Positions 13,751 to 64,000 of a DNA stretch of 64,000 nt are shown here, one piece after another. The notes beneath the pieces are model-generated. The model was not told the DNA's origin. It worked only from the letters and a program-made list of their open reading frames with translations, and ran no database searches. The DNA is from Tubiluchus corallicola (taxonomy: Eukaryota > Animalia > Priapulida): positions 186,001 to 250,000 of the forward strand of contig JAQGDQ010000206.1 of assembly GCA_030141605.1 (NCBI GenBank), in the 5' to 3' direction. The translations under genes and the position numbers were made by a program. Positions within the stretch are counted from its first letter, which is position 1. The number at the start of each line of letters is the position of its first letter.

Positions 13751-16700
13751 TTACCCGAACGTGCTCTCGCCACGATAAGATATGTAAAGGAAGCCGTCCT
13801 CGTCTTTTTCTTCTTCGTACACGACTGACATAGGAGCACTGCAACGAGAATGTTTTTTTTAACTGCGCCTAGTTGATAACATTTGTGAGCCAGTAAGTTA
13901 ATACGATCAGGGCATTTTACCCTGACAACAATTTAATGAAAAAATACCTACTCAAATAACGTCGAGGTCGTAATTATAAGAAATAAATTGCGTTAAAAAC
14001 ACCACAACTTCGTTAAAACTTTTAATTTACATAGTTAAAAAATCATGTCAAACGTTTCGACAGAGCTACTGCTGTCGTCGTCAGTGGTAAATTTTTACAA
14101 ACATACAATCAGTTTATATAGGCAGAGCCTACAGTATAGAACATTATGCACTAATTATGTATTTAACAGAAGCCAAATAGGAAATGAAAAAGCAGACCAG
14201 TAAAAAATAAATTAATATTGATGCTTTGGGACATTACATTTACCGTTTCTTCAACTTAAAGGAAACCAGACGATTGTGTAAACATTACTTCAGAATAAAG
14301 AATGCTCTAAAATATTGAAAACTACAATAGCTTTTTTTTAAATCAAAGCTTTGATTGAATAATAATTACCCGGGAAACTCAAATTTTGTTAAACTTTCAA
14401 GGCTATGCGCGGCTCAGTGAATCTACTAAGATTGGCAATGGTGCCCTTCTATCACATGCAAATGGCCGACAAATAGCATGATAACCATGATCATGAGATA
14501 CAGTGTTAGTTGTTGACGTCATATGACGTAGAGCCCATTTCCGTGACATCACGCGCTTAAGCAGCACTGTAGCACTTACGCAAACATGCTTGATTCGCAA
14601 GGGAAGATGCCTGTCATTGCACAAACTGTGGTTGGTTTCTAACATAAGCATTAGCTGTGTTCGGTTGCCGTTAATTAACTTTCTAAGCTAATTATTCAAA
14701 TATAAGGAACAACTGCTAACTTTTACAGGCAAGAAAACGTATATTTCGGATAGTAAATTAAAATGAGATTGAGCCTAAACAATTGTCTGATTTTCCTTTA
14801 AGTCAATCGCAAATTTGTAACATCATCCTTTTGAAGAGATTTGAAGAAATTTGTAACATTTGAAGAGAATGCCTATCACTAATAAACAAAATTATAGCAA
14901 CTAACTGATCAAACCTCGACTGTGGGAGAGTCTTTCCAACAAACAGAAAGATGGCCTTGTCAGATGGTATCTGTATCCGCTTACGAATGATCCACTGGAA
15001 CTGGGCGACGGTGATGTCAGACGGCACCAGAAACTTCCGCTTGTCAATATCCGGTATAGAAGAATTCGGATCTTTTTCCACTATCACCTGGGAACAGATA
15101 ATAGACAAGTTAAAATAATTTTGTAAAAAACACAAAAACAACTTTTATCAACATCAGGGTTGGATTATGACTTTTTGGGGCCCCTAAGCCAATGAAATTA
15201 TGGGAGACCCTCAGACGGAGCCACCCTTTAACTCGCCCACACCCGTCTCGAATGTTTTTTAACTCGTGATATATTTAACGACATTTATATATATTCAAAT
15301 AAACTTATTGCAAATTCTTTAAATAAACTAGAATTGTTATCTTTTGTTTATTAGTAAAAATATTGTTTAAGAAATACCACTGTTTTACTATTTATTGCAA
15401 AACAAATTATTTACATATTTCAACACAACCGTAGTGAAAAAAAGAGATGTTTAATCATGTCTTACCAAAGCTTGAAGGGCCCTAGACTGCAGCCTATAGG
15501 ATAATTCAACCCTGACCAACATAAAGTACACTTACAGGAACTCTATCCGGGTATTTCTGTCGAATTCTGACGGCTTCCAACTTCCTCTCATCTGAAAAAC
15601 AGTTATGAAAAACATAGAATAACATGGAAAACACTTAAGCACCTACGGAGCATACACCTACTGAAATTAACCCTGTAACATTGCGTCATGATACCTTTTG
15701 TGAATATATGTGTCGTAATGCATCAGTAATGCGATAATCTAAATCATTGATAATTAGCACGTGTATATTTGACTGTGCGCTGATAAAAACAGTGTGAAAT
15801 AATTCAATTTATAGCTAAAGAAAGTACCGTAGATACGTAACAATTAGTGCAATGAGTGCAGCATTAGCAGACTTGACACAGCGAATCAAAGCAGTTGAAA
15901 ACGTAATGCATTTATAATAATTTGTAGCAGGCTAACTAAGTTTTTGCTTATGCGTTTCTGAAATGGCTTGCAGCAAATGTGGACTAGAAAATGCACCAAC
16001 ATATTTCAAATCAAAAGTATTGAAATGCTTTGCATTTCTGGTGGCTTACAATGCAAACAATGTATGAGTTTGCATACATAGAAATGAAACAGTGCGATGA
16101 ATAGTTTTAGAACTTAGAAATCTTAAAATTGTTTGATAAACCTAATGTATATGTTAAATAAAACCAGCAAACGTTAACTCAATGTATATCATGATATGTA
16201 CCGTAATCGTGACTATGGTGTAACATTACAGGCCTAACTGAAATCAGCTCCCAAGGCTACCTAACATATAAATATTACTCTAATATGGCTCTAATATTGG
16301 CACAAGTTTGCAGGCCAGCACAAACTTTATTTTCAGTGTACGTACTTTCCAGGCACAAATTTGTGAACCTGCCAACTCTCACACATTTTAAGTCTTGCAC
16401 ACACATCTAATTTCACTTCTCACGCATTCTGCAACTTTATACGCAGGTTGCAAAATCACCTGGCTTCCTTTGTCAATAACACCAACCAGAATACGATTAG
16501 TAGTATTACTCTCAATAAAACAGTACTTAGCATATATTACATGTATATTACACTAAAGGGTATTGTAACTATTAAAAATTAAGCACTTTTCGATGCTATC
16601 GAAAAGCGAAAAGTGCCTAATTTTTTTCATGTGCAAGCCTACAAAAGAACATATTTATATATAAAGCATTTTGAACTGCAATAGCAGCATCAGAAAGGTT

Positions 16701-17721
16701 AATTTTGTGACAATCTGATTTTAAAACCCAAAACAGCAAAAAGCGCTGGGGCATAATTTGCCAACTCCCACCACGAACACGAAGCCAGGGTCAAGTAATC
16801 TCTAGGCTTTCTATATTCTACACTGATCAAACAATTTATCAAACCAGTACAAAATTCCCAATAAAGTTGTACCAGTTTTTCTATAAGAAATCTACCACTT
16901 TGACTCAGGCGTTTTCTTTCCTATCAAGTAGCACACCGTGCATAAAAAGTTTTTCTTAAATGCCATGTTGTTGCAAGACAGTTCTTTTTTCCCTGCAGCA
17001 TAGGAAAGTAGCTGTACGCGGTGCACAATCAGTGACAAGGTGAGTCCAACACTGCAGAGACAAAAAACTGTCTTGCAACAATGCGGTAATAAAGAAAACT
17101 GATTACACACCACACACATGCAGCTTTTCAAAGAGCTATAACGAATCTAAATAGATGCAGTGACAATGCAGAACTGTATCAGTATCATGTGGAACAAATT
17201 TGGCCAAGAACGACCAGCGCATCAGACCTCCTCTATGTCAAAGAATGAGAATAACAGGTGTCATAGAGTTCTTGAGAGTACCTCCTTGCGTAACATTAAC
17301 CAGTGAACTAACTGATTATAGTCGACAAAACTGAAGGATTACGCCTACTCACCACCATTAGTCTTTTCCACGCAAATGCGTTATTATTAAACAATGAATT
17401 TCCAAAAATGCGCCATTACACAATTATTACCGTAGATCGTCAGGGCGAAGCCTATGCGTAGGGTTTTTACCCACTCTTCTCTCCTAATAAATTATGCCTC
17501 CGTTTATCGTTTACCCTCGCGTTTTCTTTCATACATTTAAAATTTTGGTTTTCTCTCAAAAAACGAGTTATTAAACAACGAAATCTGAACGCAGGTTCAA
17601 GGCAAAATTAATTGAGCTGAAGTTTATGGATCATAATTATTAAAATATTAGCCTATAACTATAACAAAAAAGTATATTAAAGCTTACCAAAAGCAACTTC
17701 GTCTCTGTATCTAAATTTCAT
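13751..17721 (-). CDS. GABARAPL2: GABARAPL2/GATE-16-type Atg8 ubiquitin-like autophagy protein, 116 aa, complete
   Basis: Coding exons 17721-17688 (34 nt), 15591-15536 (56), 15087-14915 (173), 13838-13751 (88), all GT-AG. Protein [116 protein letters not shown]. The motifs [27 protein letters not shown] and KAIFLFV are GABARAPL2-type. Confidence 0.95.
14040..14215 (-). mobile_element. Solo Penelope terminal-repeat fragment
   Basis: Reverse complement aligns by eye with 44870-44911 joined to 45377-45490 (tttactggtctg...cctatataaactg.ttgtatgtttgtaaa...hammerhead). Confidence 0.7.
14043..14091 (-). ncRNA. Minimal type I hammerhead ribozyme motif in a Penelope-type terminal repeat
   Basis: Minus strand reads TTTACCA CTGACGA C GACAG CAGTAGCT CTGTC GAAAC GTT TGACATGA: CUGANGA and GAAA cores, 5-bp stem II, and palindromic ACGU in place of helix III, as described for Penelope-like element hammerheads. 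Confidence 0.72.
14260..14797 (+). mobile_element. TTAA-flanked MITE family A, copy 2
   Basis: TTAA|AGGAAACCAGACGATTGT...ACAATTGTCTGATTTTCCT|TTAA. Confidence 0.85.
15155..15514. mobile_element. hAT-like MITE
   Basis: TIR CAGGGTTGGATTAT / ATAATTCAACCCTG; TSD ATCAACAT / ACCAACAT. Confidence 0.75.
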
Positions 17722-19182
17722 TGTGAACAATCACCGTTACAAAAACATAATAAATAGACGAATTCAGTAATTCACAAAAGTTGCGACAACTATGAATCAC
17801 TTATTGAATTGCAAAATTGAAACGCAGTTAAACAGAAAAATGAATTTCAATGTTTTTGTGTTTAGTGTTTTAACTCGAAAGCGCATGCGTATGTTATTGT
17901 TGACATCGTCATGTCACTAATGACGTTCTTGATGATTTCAGTCTGCTCTCACGCCCGATGCCTCAGAATTTTTGATCTCAAAGTGGTTTTGGCCAATGGT
18001 AACACTGCCAAAAATATGAATTGCTATTCAATGGATTGAATGGACTGCACACATCGTACTCTACTCGAAAACGCTGTTAGTTTAGTAGTACATGTATAAC
18101 TAAAGCAAATTAAATTGAAGAAAATTTAATATTATGCCATTTAGTCTTGCTTCATCTCTGCTTTAAAAATAAAAACTGTTTTCTGTCATCAATGTTGCTT
18201 TAATTGTGCACTTTTAAATGTGACTCCTAACCAGCTCTGCCTAATTTTTTATTTGTTTTAGAACCCTGCCTACCCCATGTCTTTCATAAACAGAAATTTA
18301 CGTAATAATAGGCGTAATGATGATGATGTGACTCATAGTTAGATCAAACATATATATCGTAATAATAATCGCACCACCGATATAATTTTACCTGATAATG
18401 CCCGTGCAAGCACTATGAATAATTCTCTAATATGCTTTGCATAAATTTTATATTAGTGGCCTAGTTAGCAATTGTCAGGAACAGCACTCCTGTGACTTAT
18501 GTAATGTTTTTTGTGTACTTTATATGCTGTTTGTATATCTGCTTAACGGAGACCATTATATTTTATTTCTTGTTTTAAATTTTATTTTACTTTTTTTCTC
18601 ACTGGATAGGGTCTATCTGATGGACGAACAGTTCTAAAACAGCACTGCAAATGGGCAGTTTCAAGATGGATAACTCAGTCCTCTACCGAGAATCTGTTTT
18701 CCTGATTTCTTTAATTATTTTATTCTTTTGCAAACACCAACTGTACATTTTAAATGATTTAGCGATTTGCAATAATTTCGTTATCAATTTATAAACTTTT
18801 TCTAAAAGCTGAATAGTGTAATTAATCATTTTGCAGCATTTTATATTTTAATAAATAAGAATAAATAATACTAAATATCACATTAGAATCACAGCATTTT
18901 TGTCGCATTCACGTTGCAGTAATGATGACTACCACATGAGAATGGCCACAGTTAAATGAACCATTTTAAATATCTTTTTTGCATTATAACAGTCGCGACT
19001 GTCACGTCCAAACCATGGCATTTGCAGTCACTTATAATGACGGTAAGTACCACATTCAAGGCATGACATTTCAACACGTTCATATTGCAATAACGGTAAC
19101 TGCCGCCTTCCAGCCATAGCTTTCTGTCTCTTTCACACTGCAATAATGGTTACGGTGACTGTCACAATTCGATCATGGCATC

Positions 19183-50481
<31,299 letters not shown>

Positions 50482-51433
50482 TTTAATACTTTCTCTGATA
50501 AGCGATCCCCCAAGCCCTTATTTCTGTAGAAAATCGGGCATTATGGCATTCACAAATAAGATATTTAACGAAGAAACAATAAGTTATAGTTAATAAACCT
50601 GCGTCAACAGCGCTTTTCAATTTCAAATGTATGACAAAATCGCGTGGAACGTCCGTTACTAAGGACGTAGTAATGTTGGGAAGAAACTTCAGTAAGGGGC
50701 AATGGGAATTTGGGTCCAGGTCTGATAGTTTGTATTAATTCAGTTCAATTTTATGTCTACAAACATTAAAATTTAATTTGTTTATTTTTCTTGTTGATTT
50801 ATTTAATAAAAGTTTAGAAATTAATAAGTGGATCTGGTCCACAAGTGAAGTATTATTTATATGAAAGTTGGCAAACAAATGGAAAGAATACTTGAATATC
50901 GTCTAAGAGAATTTTTTGAAGCAGGGTTCTTTTAGATTCTCAGGATGGATTTAGATAGAATAAAAGCACAAGCAGATATTTATGTAGACTCATGTTAGAA
51001 GCCGAGCATGTTAGCATTAGTAAAAAAATGATGGTCTCATTCTAGCCTTGGATTTAGAAAAAACTTTTCAAAAACTATTGGCATTAGCATTTTCACAGTG
51101 TTGGTGAAAATGTTACTACTGCCCAACTCTGTGTCTTGCACATGGACCTATCTGGATCAGACAGCATAGACAAAGTGGAAACAATGAAAACAATGATTGG
51201 CTGTAAGGTTTATTGCTGAAAATGTAAAGAACATGTGTACCTGGCATATTGCTTTACATTATGGCCAGCTTCTTGTCGATACATTTATATTGTTTTAGTT
51301 GATTATGAAAGAGCATGAATTAACGTATTCGTATGACTATTGTTGAATTGACATAGCAGTTGGTAAAAAACATGAACGAATTAAGTCAAATAATTTTGGT
51401 ATGCGTTCTAGCGGAACCATACTCGACGAAACG

Positions 51434-63221
<11,788 letters not shown>

Positions 63222-63399
63222 TAACTTAGAAACCGGTAGGAAAATTTTACGTCAGTACTTGTTAGAGAGTTTTCACTACAGTGGAACACTGGAAAATTCT
63301 GATTCTGAAATGACATCACTACTGTCAACGTTAGAATCATCTTCAGTGTGTTTCACTACAGTTGCTTGTTCTATGGACGAATTTTTGAAGAATTTAAAT

Positions 63400-63899
63400 C
63401 GGGGGTGTGCAAATTGCGGCCCGCGGGCCACTTGCGGCTCGCCGAGAGAATTTGTGCGGCCCGCGAAGAGATTTGTCAACCTAATGAAAGTGCGGCCCGG
63501 GCGATGAATTGACTGTATCCAGCTGAAGTCCGTGCCACGATCCCAAAGATAGTGCGGGTAGTTTTTTCTACTAGATCGGATGCCATTAATCCTTACAAGA
63601 CGGTTGTAGCTTAATGTCACTGTACTACACAGACTGTGTGATACACATTACTAATATGCATTGTATTGAAATTACCACTATCTGTCCTGAAAGTAGAAAC
63701 ATATGGTTTGTAATATAAATTTTAATAACTTCTAAAATAGTTTCTTGAGTGTAGTAGTAATGATGTACGCAGGTCGGATGCAAAAAAATCGTTATTAGGC
63801 CTTTCTGTACTTGGCTCTTTGATCAAACTGCCTGTGGCCTGCAGGAATTGCGGGAAAGTTTAATATGGCCCGGCTAGTCAGATAATTTGCACACCCCTG
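63400..63899 (+). mobile_element. hAT (Buster-type) MITE, copy 4
   Basis: Same family; perfect TSD ATTTAAAT. Confidence 0.92.
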
Positions 63900-64000
63900 A
63901 TTTAAATACCCAAGTGACCGCTAGACAAGACAAAACACGTAATTACAATTAGTGTGTTCTTGCTAACTATTCGATATCACGAATAAACTGTCCATACTGA

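Noticed and set aside
2230-17721. TMEM55 and GABARAPL2 as a lysosome/autophagy gene cluster
   Set aside because: Two functionally related neighbours can easily be coincidental; no synteny evidence is available from this window.

Overview
Eukaryotic, AT-rich, intron-rich invertebrate-type genomic DNA; the species cannot be determined from this window. Manual splicing gives five protein-coding genes. (1) The 5' part of a TMEM55/PIP4P phosphatase (-, runs off the left edge). (2) A 4-exon ~290-aa coiled-coil gene I cannot assign to a family (+), head-to-head with TMEM55. (3) A complete GABARAPL2/Atg8 gene (-) whose protein ends directly at the lipidation glycine. (4) A complete 22-exon, ~860-aa ATAD2-family AAA+ ATPase (-) with a very short N-terminus and an apparently degenerate bromodomain. 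(5) The 5' part of PRP4 kinase PRPF4B (+, runs off the right edge). Introns are full of non-autonomous DNA transposons (Buster-type hAT, 6-bp-TSD hAT-like, TTAA/Kolobok-like, TA/pogo-like, satellite-bearing MITEs), SINE/LINE/LTR remnants and minisatellites. There is also a Penelope remnant with minimal hammerhead ribozyme motifs and an orphan, stop-containing ARHGAP19-like RhoGAP exon. All gene models and family calls were made by eye, without database searches.
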